Shown here in pieces: positions 37,037 through 49,060 of a DNA stretch of 64,000 nucleotides. Both the position numbers and the translations under genes were made by a program. The DNA is from Camelus dromedarius (taxonomy: Eukaryota): the NCBI RefSeq assembly GCF_036321535.1, contig NC_087436.1, forward strand, positions 13,082,001 to 13,146,000, written 5' to 3'. The notes beneath the pieces are model-generated. The model was not told the origin of the DNA and did not search any database. It worked only from the letters and a program-made list of their open reading frames with translations. How positions within the stretch are numbered: position 1 is the stretch's first letter; each line of letters starts with the position of its first letter.

Positions 37037-40000
37037 CAAATTGAACATTCTGTGTCCAGTAATCTCTACACCTTAACGTCTTTGAAGATTTATTTTGCTG
37101 TCTATGGATTTGCTGGCTGTCATTCATGGTGCCTTGCTTCTGTGTGATTTTTGTGCTTGTTAACTATGAGCCACTCTTGTCCTTGAAACTTTTTCTTTGA
37201 GGAATCTTTGAAGCCTGGGTTGAATTTGTGCCCTTAAGAGAGGATTTGTTAGTGTGGCTACCACAAATTCAGGTTAAGCTAATGAATTCTCAGCAGAGAC
37301 GTGTTTCTCCTTTTCAACCAACATCAAGGGGAAGAAAAGCAAAGTTTTGTGCATCCATTTTTCATTTGTTTTTGTTTTTATTTAATACTGGCCACTCATT
37401 TGGAGCATACGAAGCCTTTAGATTTGCAGCTTTATTCTGGTTTTCCTACTGGACCCTTTACCTTTTGGGGGTTCAGGCTTCTTCCCTTGTTTCCCACACC
37501 CTGTGCAGCTGTCAGTGGTGAATGTCAAGGAAGAAGGTTATGTTAGAAACCCTTAGAACAAAAACAAGTTTTCAGTGCTTGCTTTCTCCCTGGATTACTG
37601 TTTTCATTTATTTTTTTCTGTCCTCTGAGGAGTCCTTACTACTGTACCAACACAATAATGCATTTCAACACACAGAGACACACAATTTAGCAAGCATTTT
37701 AGTTGCTTTTATCATAAGGATTATTCCAGTATATAGTTTATCATACTTCTCTCAAGAAACGTTTCTAAAAACCTTTAATTACAGTATTAAATTTATCTTT
37801 CATGCCCCCTTTGCCTCATTAAACTGTGTCTAAAAGTGTCTAATATAGGTTTTATTGAGGTATATATTTTTAAACATTTTCCAGTTAAAATAGAAAACTG
37901 GTATTATGATAAATCAGTAAAGTTGATCTTTAATGTTATCACTTTCACTTAGGATAAAAATGTAAAAAAAAATTAGTTATTGATTTAATAAATTATGATT
38001 AAATGGCTCTCTGATGAGAACTGTGTTTTCTGTCCAGTTGTGCTCGAGTTTGCCCTCTGTTCCCTAGTCACAAATGAAGGGTTTACGTTTGCATCCAAAT
38101 TTCATGCCACTGTAACTTAAAAACATCTACTACTCACTGTTTAAACCAGAAGGAATTTTGGAGTTTGACAAACATCGTTTATGTAAATAACAGATGGTAG
38201 CATTCATTCCATTATTTGGTAGATTGACGTAAAACAAAATGATCAAACTTTCAATGTTTCAAGGATGTAGCTTTAGAGGAGAGAGTTTAAAAGCTTTTGG
38301 ATAACATAAATATTTATCACATTCTGCTTTGGGTGTGTATATATATATGCATGTGCACCGTTTGTAACTGACTGAAGGAACCTGATTATGCTATCAAGCA
38401 TTTAGCATTTGAAGAATCTTAATCTCATTTTGATGTGTATTTTATAACTTGGACAAAAGCTATACATGTACATATATCAGAAGGAAAATATTACTACAGT
38501 TTTATTCCCAAGTTATATATCTGGCGCACTAGCGTATCAGAAGGAGCAAAACGTTGGTATCTTTGAGGCGCTTACTCTAAGGAAATCATGGACTTCTGCC
38601 CAGACCTTTAGACAGAGCCCAGTGGTACTTTCATCTCACTGGTGACAGTAAATCTTCGATGTCTCTGAGAAAAACATACATACATCATGCAAAGCAAAAT
38701 GTGGACCTGGTAGGTGGGCCAGCCTCGAATCATCTCACAGGCTGGCTATTGTCTTTTCTACTTGCACAGCTCCCACAGCATATGCCAGTTATTATGCCAA
38801 AAATAAAAGCCACGCAAGGAAAGCATTAGAACTGCAGACCCTGTCCAAGTGCAAAATTCCAATTATCAAAGCCTAAACACAAGCCTTTTATTAAAAAAAT
38901 CCTCTTTGATCTGCACTATAATTGGCACACTTTCTACTAAGTGACACTGGCAATTCAGTGCTGCATTTAGATTTTATTTCCCCTTTACTACCAGCAGCAG
39001 ATCACGATAGCAAGCTGAAGGCCCTGTTTGGTGGAGACACAGCTCCAGATGAGCGCTCTGGACCCACCTCGGACTGGGGCTTCTCTGCCATTTTGTAGGG
39101 GAGAGGGGTAGGCTCAGCCCCTGTTCCGGAGATTTCTGAAAACCATCTTCTTTCATTACCAGCTCAGCAAAATGCATCATAGTGATTCTTTCAGCTGCCC
39201 AATACTTAAATCCACTCCAAATTTTCTATCAGGAATTTTGGTAATATCAGACTGTGGTCTGTAAAAGTAACTTGGTTTTCTGAATTGATAAGTAAATCTG
39301 ATGACCACAAATGAAAGTGAATGTATGACGTTTTAGATTTGGTAGTATAATGAATTCGTCCTATAGAATATAAATATTTTTTTCTTAATAACAGAATAGA
39401 AGCAATAACCACCCCCCAAAAAACACTCAATGCCAAAGTCAGAATTTTAGAATAGGACATGATTGCTATTAGCATCGAGGTAAGTACATGATAGTCTGAA
39501 GTTTCCTTGGCCTACGATGGTTTCTAGGGAAACTGGTTCAGATAGAGCAATCAGAACTGGCTTTCAGGCCAAATTTCCAGAAACAGTACAGGGCCTTTCA
39601 GCAGAAGATCAAATTTCTAATAGCCCATAGCTATTAAATGTTCTCCTTCTAAATTCAGAGTTTATGCAAGTATTAAATCTATATTTGATGACGAAGCAGT
39701 TGAGAGACATGGGGAGACCACCAGACTCTATATCATGTTGCTGCAAAGAAACTTTCTCAGTGTGCACCCATCACATCTCATGGCAGCCCTGTGAAGCCAT
39801 CCATTATTAATGTTCCTGTTTGACAGAAGATGAGAGTCAGCTCATGGAACCTGAATAACTTAACTGCAGGAGACCAACTTAGTAGTGGTGGAGCCAGGTA
39901 GTTTACCTAAATTAAGTAGCCAGGGCTAGGATTTATGCTTGGCTTCAGGTTTTTCAAACTCCCAATCAGTGCCCACTCAGCAAACTCTATTCGATGGAAT

Positions 40001-40125
40001 TTCTGACAGTGAGAACTAAATAAATCATGACAGTAGAATAATAATAACAAATTCGGTAAGAAATGTAATTGTAAAAGGGAGGAAATAAAACAGAGTAGAA
40101 ACTAGAGAAGGAAATTATATCAAGG

Positions 40126-40320
40126 CAATACAGGAAAATGGGGGCACGAGAGGATGGCCGTGTCTCAGGTCTTGATTGAGCCCCTGGTACGTGCCCTACC
40201 AAATGGGGGTCCTTGGCTTTGTGCAGGAAAGAATTCAAGTGTGAGCCATAGTTGAGTAAAGGTAGATTTATTCAGAGAGATACAAATTCCATAGACAGAG
40301 TGTAGGCTGTCTCAGAAGGC

Positions 40321-40351
<31 letters not shown>

Positions 40352-40688
40352 CCATGAGTCATGGTGTTGCTAGTTTTCATATGCTAACAAGTGAGAGGAT
40401 TATTCCAACTACTCTGGGGAAGGGGCTGGGATTCCCAGGAACTGGGCCACCACCCTCTCTTCGACCTTTCATGGTCAGCCTCAGCACTGTCCTGGTGCCT
40501 GTGGGAGTGTCATTCACCATGCTAGTACATTACAACGTGCATAATGAAGCTTACAGTCCACTGGAGGTCGAGTCTTCTGCCATCTTGGGGCTCCAGGTCT
40601 GCTGGGAGTTGACTTCTCCGCCAACTTGGTGCTAATTGCTGTGTCATTCCTTTAATGGCTGTGTTCTACCCCCTTCTTTCCTACCTTA
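40126..40688 (-). mobile_element. Solo ERV1-class LTR related to 14001-14586, with internal (GA)n at about 40327-40351
   Basis: Shares blocks caggaaagaattcaag, ccatagacagagtg...tctcagaaggcaaga, tatgctaa..agt..gaggattattccaac and tcttctgccatcttgg with the first LTR. Minus-strand AATAAA at about 40267-40272. The termini are degenerate. Confidence 0.8.
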
Positions 40689-40784
40689 AGGGGAGGAATT
40701 TTCTTAATCTGGGGAAAAAACATGTGCAGGGCATAACCCTGGGGTCAGTTTCCCTCACCTGGTTCTACTTGTTATCTGAAGGTG

Positions 40785-41530
40785 TAACAAATACTACTGG
40801 GGGCGTCCATGTGCCAGACCCCGAGCTGGGCACTGGGGAGATGATGGTGTGAGAGACGTAACCATTCTCCTCACCTTGTGAATCTTCTAAACCAAGAGGG
40901 GTTACTCGGCAGAAATAGGTGAACAAAGGCCATGCAGGCACTTTGGGAAAGTCTGTTGGAGGCAGACATGGTGATGGTTTCGGGGCTGAGGGGTCTCAAA
41001 AGAGCCCTGAGGAAGCACAAAGATGGGGACAATTCCAGATGGATGGCAGTGCGGGCATGAGAACTCTGGAAAGAGTGTTTGCAGACAGAATGGGTATGAG
41101 TGTCCCAACCAGAGCAGAGAAAGCAACGTTGGGAAAGACAAGGACAAGACTTCTCAGGTGGGGAGGCCAGAGCAAGTGGGTCCCGGGGAGGCTGAAAATG
41201 CTGCGCTTTACCATAAGAGCTGTGAAAGCCATTGAAAGGTTTTATTCAGGGCAGTCACGGTGTCTTTTTCCATTATTTAATTTGGAATTCGAACTGGATT
41301 GGGGTAGACCGGTCGAGTGGACTCATGCAAGGGACAAAGTGGGAAAAGCTGAATAATAATTCATGCTTTGAGCAAAGCATTTACCAAATACTCGGAGGAG
41401 GGAGGCAGGGGTGAAGACGGAGATGGATTCGTGAGATATTTGAAAGGTGGCCTTTGCAGACATGGTGATGGACTAAGTCTGGAGACAGGGGGATGATTTA
41501 AGAGAGAGCATGTAGATTTCAGGTATTTCA
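40785..41530 (-). mobile_element. L2 fragment
   Basis: catgtgccagaccccgagctgggcactggggagatg...aagccattgaaaggttttattcagggcagt...gagatggattcgtgagatatt resembles antisense L2. Confidence 0.55.
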
Positions 41531-41711
41531 TGGTTTTTCCTTCCCTGCCTGTTTGACCCGTGTAAATATCTGCCTTTTCTCACCTTTTTCCAGACACTGG
41601 GAGGCACTGAGGGACAGGTGAGCATGTGAGCATATGAATCAAAGGTGATCTGGGAGTTTTTAAAATAAAATCATCTTCTTTTTTTTTTTTTCTCTCTGGA
41701 AATCAAAATAG

Positions 41712-41923
41712 GAGAACTCACTGTGAAAGAACCCACGTTTCTTGATTTTGAAGTCAGAAGGGAAGTTCAGCTCATTGTTGTAGCTCAAAGTGGGAGGCAC
41801 AGAGCCTACAGCAAAGTAGCAGTCTTCATCCAAGATGTGAATGACAATTCACCACGCTTTGAGCAAAGTGTTTACCAAGTGTCAGTGTCTGAGGGCCAGT
41901 TCCACCATGATCCCATCATACAG
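41712..41923 (+). CDS. DCHS2: DCHS2 coding exon C (212 nt, phase 1-0)
   Basis: Acceptor aaaatag|GAGAACTC and donor ATACAG|gtaaaa. Translates (G)ELTVKEPTFLDFE...DVNDNSPRFEQSVYQVSVSE...IIQ. Confidence 0.93.
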
Positions 41924-43609
41924 GTAAAAAGCGTGTTGTGCGTGTGTAAATTCTCCTCAACCAGTGTCCATCAAAATATCTAAAGCCTTTTTCCAGGACA
42001 TGAATTAAACTTTAAATGTTTTCTTGGCACATACAATATTTGATGCTTGGGATGGAACCTTAGTTTGAAAGAAGTCTTGAGTTTCTCAGTTCACTCCTTC
42101 CTCTGTAGTGCCCACCTGCTTTCTCTAAGGACCCTGCTCGCAGGGAGTCAATAGGAGTAAAAAAAAAAAATTGGCTGGCCTTATAAATGTGTATAATTTA
42201 GTGGGGAAGTCACAAAAGTATATAATTTAAATGCATAGCATATTATTAATGTTACAGTAGAAATGTGTATTTAATGTCAGGAGAGCAAAGAGGAGACATA
42301 AACTGTTCCTGGAAGGAAAGTGTGAGTCTTCACGGAAGAATGATATTTACACTTAGTCTTAAAGGGCCAATAGACATTTGCCAGGTGGAGCTGCAGCCAG
42401 GCGAGCACACACGGAGGCACAGACACATGGGAGGCCTCCCTCGTTTGGATTTGCAGACGTCTCATGTGAAAGGCACAGATATGCTGATTTCAAGCCCAGC
42501 CCCATCTCAGGAAAAAGACTCCCATGTCCTGAAAAAGAGGATCTGTTCACACGGTGGCCTTGCTCAGTCTTTAAACCCACCCATCCTTGGTAGACTCTCT
42601 CCCTGCTTCGGGACGAATGCCTGTGTTTACCAGTCCCTTCATGCTTTGAATTAAAGAACCTGGACATTAGGACACCCACAAGCTCTTGGGAATCTGCACG
42701 GGAGATGAGTATAAAACCCCCTTCCTGCCAGTCAGCAGCGTAAGGAACATTCCCTTTGGCCTTTGTAACCCTGCTGCCCGGAACCAGCACCTCCTGATTT
42801 GCTCTCTGGGCTGGATGGGGGCAGGGAACCAGGTGATCTGAGACCTCCACCCATTCTTTACTGACTGTGCTGCCTTCACCTGAACATAGAGCAACACCTT
42901 CGGGTGACTCCTGTCCAGTTCAGGTGCACACACCCCCCTTCTGTTGGGGGAAACAAGACCATGGAGTTTTAGCTCTGTGCCCCAGAATTTCCTACGTTGT
43001 TTTTGCAGATTAATTCTGTATGATGGTAGCCTGATTGCTCCAGGTTCCAGCCTGCTCCAGAAGGCTTGTGCCTTTACTCCCGTTTCAGCCGTAACTTTAA
43101 GAGGAAGGTGAGGGCATTCTCTTTCATAGTCTTTGGCACCCCGGCCCAGCAATGCCTGTTCAGTGGGGATCCCAGCACCACCGAGGGGTGTCCTTGGTCA
43201 CAGAGAACCCCTCACGGGGGCGCTGCTGCACTGCACCTTGTCATACATGCCTTAGCACCCGGGTTCCTGGGTGGGGCTAGACCCTCAAGTGGAATACATG
43301 AAGGTGAAGCGCCCGTTAACGCCCAGGTACACCCAACAGGGAGAGAGCCCAGCCGGTGCTTCAGGTGATAGACATTTCAAGAGGGCTCAGGCAGGGACGG
43401 ATACAGTGAATTTCGTTCTTCATATATTTAGATCATTTTGTTTCCAGGAAACTAGAGCTGCCATTTCCCTGTTCAGATAAATAGGAATGTAGAAGGCTCT
43501 GGACTTCTTGGTTTTTGCTACCACACGGCCCATGCGCCTTCCTTTTGGTTACAGCCCCCCAGCTTCCTGTAGGAACCGATGTCTGTAGGAACCGACCCTC
43601 CACTGCCAG

Positions 43610-43912
43610 ATGCAGTCTTGGTGGGATTGTCAGTCAAGGTCGTGACCTCCCCGCCTTGCGACAGGTGATGTCAAGCCCCTCGGCCTCCTGTAGACTTTCT
43701 CTCCCCAGAATTTGAATCCTGGGTGGTAGGTCACCAGGAAGGAGACAAATCAGAGCTGATTCATCTTGACAGTGTCAACTCAAAGAAGCTGTGCCCCAGA
43801 GTCGCTCGCATTCTTGTGCGTCACCTGGACGCTATCCTGATACCTTTCTCTCCTGGTGAAGTTAGCCACAGTGGATTTGTGTTGCTAGCACCCTGAGAAC
43901 CCTGGCTGATCC
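43610..43912 (+). mobile_element. Possible ancient ERVL-class LTR remnant (LTR33/LTR16-like)
   Basis: The 3' end gtggatttgtgttgctagcaccctgagaaccctggctgatcca resembles ERVL LTR termini. This rests on recall only. Confidence 0.35.
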
Positions 43913-44686
43913 ACCTCCCGGGGGGCCTACTACTGTAACACTTTTAAGTGTACAGCCTAGGGGACATGATGGACTTTATTCTGCCCAGATGCAAGTACGT
44001 TTCCCTTCCTCATGATCTCAAAGGGTGCTGTGAGTTGCTGCCTTTCTGTACCAAGTAGCTGGCTGTGTGAGGTTCTGGCTCCCCTGAGAACTCGAGCTGC
44101 AGGGTGAAGGATAAATTGAAAGGAGAGGGAGCTAAAAGCAAAATCCCACTAGGACATCAGTGTAGATGACCAGGAGAGAGATGACTGGGGATGTGAGCCC
44201 AGGCAATGGCTGAGGGGCATAGAAGATAAAAATAAATAGAGAAAAATTAATCTGTCAACTTGTTCTGAAATGAGATCTTGAATCCACTAATAGAGTTAGT
44301 TTTGTGATTAAAATGTAAAGCAGACTAAATAATGTATCTCCTCAGAGAATGATACAGGACTTTTGTTTTCTCTTCAACACTCATGCTTGTACAGCTCATT
44401 AAATAAATCATCAAGATCTAAATTTGTTAGCACCAAATCTAGGTCTTCTTTCATTTAGCTCAAAACATGTGGTAGCCCTACTGAAAATTACTTGGAAATT
44501 GTTTCGGTGAGTCTTCTTTATTTATTTATTATAAATGTAAACTTCAGCCATTGGCTAATATTCCATCGATCATTGTTTTTAAAGTGTGTTTGACAATGTG
44601 ATTCTTTCAATGCATTTCTCTAAAAAAGAGGCTTAACCCACCTGCAGATTTAATCCTTAACTAACGGAAGAGTCACTTCCTCACAG

Positions 44687-44838
44687 GTTTTCGCCACAGA
44701 CCTGGACAGCGGGTCAAACGGCCTTGTTGAGTATTGCATTCTTTCTGGCAACCAAGGGCAAGCATTCCAGATGGACACACTGAGCGGTGTGCTAACAGCA
44801 AACGCGATTCTGGATTACGAGGGCACCCACACCTATCG
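44687..44838 (+). CDS. DCHS2: DCHS2 coding exon D (152 nt, phase 0-2)
   Basis: Branch-point-like aactaac at about 44659-44665, acceptor cttcctcacag|GTTTTC, donor TATCG|gtatgt. Translates VFATDLDSGSNGLVEYCILSGNQGQAFQMDTLSGVLTANAILDYEGTHTY(R). Confidence 0.93.
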
Positions 44839-45202
44839 GTATGTTCCAGACTCAGATCCATTTGACCAGCTATTTTGCTTTGTTTCTGACCACATAGTTG
44901 CTTTGGACATGACTTCCTGTTACATACGGCTTAGCTGTAAGATAGGTTTTCCCTTTGACCCAAATTAGGATCACCCTTGGTTCACTGAGAGAGTAGCAGA
45001 CGGTATTTGCTATTTGGAAAATGTGATTGGACTTGAAGAACTCTCAGGTCCCTTCTAGTTCTAAGAGTTCTTGCAAGTGTGATGCTATTAAGTCCTAAAT
45101 GAGAGACGTTAGAAATATTTGTGAAATGCCTTCTGAGCTATAGACACTGCTGATGTTTGATGTTACTGTTTTTAAAAAAAGTGAAGGCTCAATGACATTT
45201 TC

Positions 45203-46986
45203 CTTTTTTATTGAAATATAGTTGGTTTGCAATGTTGTGTTAATTTCTCGCATACAGCATAGTGATGCAGTTTTATATATATATATATATTATATATATA
45301 GTTTCATATTCTTTTCATTATAGGCTATTACAAGATATTGAATATAGTTCCCTGTGCTATACTTTGTTTATCTGCTTTGTAAATAGTAGTTAGTATATGC
45401 AAATCCCAAACTCCCAATTTATCCCACCACCCACCCTCTCCCCGCTGGTAACTATAACTTTGTTTTCTATGTCTGTGAGTCTGTTTCTGTTTTGCAGATA
45501 AGATCATTTGTCTCATTTTTTAAGAATCCACATATAAATGATATTATATGGTATTTTTCTTTTTCTTTCTGGCTTACTTCATTTAGAATGACAGTCTCTA
45601 GGTCCATCCATGTTGCTGCAGGTGGCATTATTTTTTATGGCTGAGTAGTATTCCATTGAATATATATACTGCAATTCTTTGTCCAGTCATCTGTCAGTGG
45701 ACATTCAGGTTGCTTCCATGTCTTGGCTATTATCTGTAGTGCTGCTATGAACATTGGGGTGCATGTACGTTTTTGAATTAGAGTTTCCTCCAGATATATG
45801 CCCAGGAATAGGATTGCTGGATCATATGGTAAATATTTTTAGTTTTTAAAGGAATCTCCATACTGTTTTCCATAATGGCTGCACCAAATTACATTCCTAA
45901 CAGCGGTGTAGGAGGATTCTCTTTCCTCCATACCCTCTCCAGCATTTATTGTTTGTGGACTTTTGGATGATGGTCATTCTGACCTCATCGTAGTTTTGAT
46001 TTGCATTTCTCTGATAACTAGTGATATTGAGCATTTTTTCATGTGCCTATTGGTCATTCGTATGTCTTCTTTGAAGAATTGCTTGTTTAGATCTTCTGCC
46101 CATTTTTGGATTGGGTTGTTTGTTTTTTTCTTAAGTCATATGAGCTGTTTATATATTCTGGAAATCAAGCCCTTGTCAGTTTCATCTTTTGCAAATATTT
46201 TCTCCCATTCTGTAGGTTGTTATTTTGTTTTGCTTATAGTTTCCTTTGCTGTGCAAAAGCTTGTAAGTTTAATTAGGACCCATTTGTTTATTTTTGCTTT
46301 TATTTCTATTGCTTGGATAGACTGCCCTAGGAGAACATTGCTGAGATGTATGTTAGATAATGTTTTGCCTATGTTTTCTTCTAGGAGATTTATTGTGTCT
46401 TGTCTTATGTTTAAGTCTTTAAGCCATTTTGAGTTTATTTTTGGGTATGATGTGAGGGAATATTCTAACTTTATTGATTTACATGCTGCTGTCCAATTTT
46501 CCCAACACCATTTGCTGAAGAGATTGTCTTTATTCCATTGTATGTTCTTGCCTCCTTTGTTAAAGATTAATTGACCAAAAGTCTGTGGGTTCATTTCTGG
46601 GCTCTCTATTCTGTTCCATTGGTCCATATGTCTGTTTTTGTACTAATACCATGCTGTTTTGATTACTGTAGCTCTGTAGTATTGTCTGAAGTCTGGAAGA
46701 GTTATTCCTCCAGCTTCATTCTTTTTCTTCAGTAATGCTTTGGCAATTCTGGGTCTTTTGTGACTCCTTATAAATTTTAATATGATTTGTTCTAGTTCTG
46801 TGAAATATGTCCTGGGTAATTTGATAGGGATTTCATTATATCTGTAGGTTGTGTTGGGCAGTATGGCCATTTTAAGAATATTGATTCTTCCAATCCAGGA
46901 GCATGGGATATCTTTCCATTTTTTTTAAGTCTTCTTTAATTTCCTTAGTCAATGTTTTGTAGTTCTCCATGTATAAGTCTTTCAGC
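45203..46986 (-). mobile_element. 5'-truncated LINE-1 (copy 3): ORF2 3' part plus 3' UTR, with internal (TA)n at 45274-45300
   Basis: Minus-strand ORFs 46220-46627 and 46643-46870 closely match copy 1 ORFs 877-1332 and 601-855. Confidence 0.96.
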
Positions 46987-47674
46987 TTTTTCTTATTTGC
47001 ATCATCATTTCAATGTTCCCAACATTTAAATTGGTCCCAATATTTTAAAGTGCCCCTCTCTGAGTCCCCATGAAGAATTCAGTTCCTGGGAGAAGCAGGG
47101 ACTGAGAGAAGTTGAAATCTACACACATGGTCACAGATGTAGAGATACAGATGCAGACACACACACAGGCTGTCTCCAGTGTCACCACAGGAACAATTTG
47201 AACCTCCATCTCTCTAAGTTTTCCCCCTCTCCTGCTATGTGTGGCTTCTCTGCCTTTCTAGTTCTTTCTCCGATCTTTCAGGTAATGAGAAAAATAGAAT
47301 GATTTCCCCCAGCCTGCTCTACCTTTAGTGAAGATTTTGGAAATGGTATCATTTAACATTTAACTTTATTTTAACCTTTTGAATTTTGCTATTTTGTCTG
47401 ACTGAAGATTTTCCCAATTCCAGCCCTGTGTTTTACAATATAAAAGGAGAAGGGGAAAGATATTGTCAGTTATGGTTCTACTCAATATAAATGCATTAAA
47501 TAAAAAGTAAATAATTTTTAGTTCTCATATTAACCACATATAGGGAAACTCAGTGGGCAGATGATGACAGATAATAAAATAAACCTTAAGTTCTGTCTGG
47601 CTGATATTTCTGAATTTAAAAAATTAGTTACCAAGCATGAAACTGGGGATATAAAGGCACATGAGTCCCTTTAT

Positions 47675-47840
47675 ATCAATAATTTAAAATTATTATTTGT
47701 AATAATTATATTTATAATTTTTATATATTATAATTATATTATTTTATAATTATATATTACGTGTTATATATTATACACATGATAATGATATTTGTATTTA
47801 TAATAAAATAATTATAAATACTATAAAGCATATTAATAAT
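47675..47840. repeat. AT-rich low-complexity tract
   Basis: Almost entirely A/T with degenerate (TTA)/(TA) units. Confidence 0.8.
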
Positions 47841-47844
47841 CGCA

Positions 47845-47990
47845 ATAGCTTCCATTTACAGAGCACCTGCTTTACGTGTTGAATTGTCATAACAGACTTA
47901 AGATTTACAGAGTGAGGGACTAAAGCTTAGAGAGGTAAAGCTGTTTGCCAAGAATACACAGCTAGGAAATGTAGAACTGAGATTCTTGCT
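47845..47990 (-). mobile_element. MIR remnant
   Basis: atttacagagtgagggactaaagcttagagaggtaaagctgtttgccaagaatacacagctag matches the antisense MIR core. Confidence 0.7.
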
Positions 47991-48779
47991 TGTGTGAATG
48001 GTCCTAGCAGGGAGGGCTTCCTACTGTATCATGTGAATGAGTCTTTAGGGCGTATACCTGTCTATTTACAAAACACAAAACGAAAAAAAAACTTCTGAAA
48101 CTTAAAATAATTATAGCAATTAAGTTCCAACCAGCAATTGTGGCAGGACATATATGAGCTGCAAAAGTGGGATTTGAATAACTGCTTTCTTCTTCCTGAC
48201 TTATAACTGATGTGGGGAGACTTTATTACTATTTAAGCTGGTAATCAATATTCGTGTGAGTCTTGTAACACTTTAGGGCCGAGATTTTTTAGTCTTTTGA
48301 GGGACTTTAAATTAAAGTGAACAACAAAAAGGTCATAGGCAAATAAGAGTTAAGCGTTTAAAAATTCAGTTTCTGTAGGAGAAATATTCAAGGTCAAAGA
48401 GCACTTATTGCCAGGAGCAATGCTAAACTCATACTCCACCAAATGCTCATTATGACTGTGCAAGAAATAATAAAAAAGCAGTTATATATTAAAGGTAGCA
48501 AATGGGCTGAAATGTTAATTATTTTTTCCAAAATACATGACTCATAAGCAGCAAGGCTGGAATTGGACCTCCAGTCTGCTGGTTCCCCATGGAAAAGGGA
48601 GTAAAGGCGTTCCAGGCATGACGACATCAAGGCAGAAAGCATGAGGGAGGGCATGGATATGTGAAAGCATTCGGTGCATTTGGAAGTAACAAGTGGTACA
48701 GTGCACCTGAGAAGCTGCTGAGTGTGGGGTAATGAAAAAAGAGGCTGGGTGTGGAAGAGTAGGAGACAGATGGGCAAAA

Positions 48780-49060
48780 AGCACAAACTTCCAGTAAGAT
48801 AAATAAGTACTAGGGATGTAATATACAACATGATGACTGTGTATGGTATATACGAAAGTTGTTACGAGAGGAGATTTTAAGGGTTCTCATCACAAGAGAA
48901 AAAAATTTTTTCCATATCTATGCGAATGATGGATATTAACTAAGGTTATTATTATGGTAATCACTTCACAGTATGTGTAAGTCAAGTCATTATGCTGTCT
49001 GTATACCTCAAGCTTATACAGTGCTGCATATCAATTATATCTCAATAAAACTGGGGGGGG
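48780..49060 (+). mobile_element. Old LINE-1 3'-end fragment in sense orientation, with AATAAA at 49044-49049
   Basis: cacaaacttccagt...ataagtactagggatgtaatatacaacatgatgact...caattatatctcaataaaactgg. Confidence 0.8.

Larger units (their letters stand above)
33190..37760 (-). mobile_element. Cluster of highly decayed L1 fragments with nested younger L1 3' ends (about 35310-35740 and 35870-35962)
   Basis: T-rich antisense L1-like text throughout (gtgccaaattgt, atttcccttattagtaatg, tccattgatggacctttaggttg, gaagtatagtcagtttacaatgttgtg). Confidence 0.6.

Noticed and set aside
42265..43480. Cluster of overlapping 60-160 aa ORFs on both strands
   Set aside because: Locally higher GC, probably old L2/LTR remnants, with no recognisable protein motifs.
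45963..46574. 203-aa hydrophobic + strand ORF, and similar ORFs at 948-1475, 3037-3429 and 28350-28634
   Set aside because: These are antisense readings of L1 ORF2. The T-rich antisense strand gives spurious Phe/Leu/Ile-rich ORFs.
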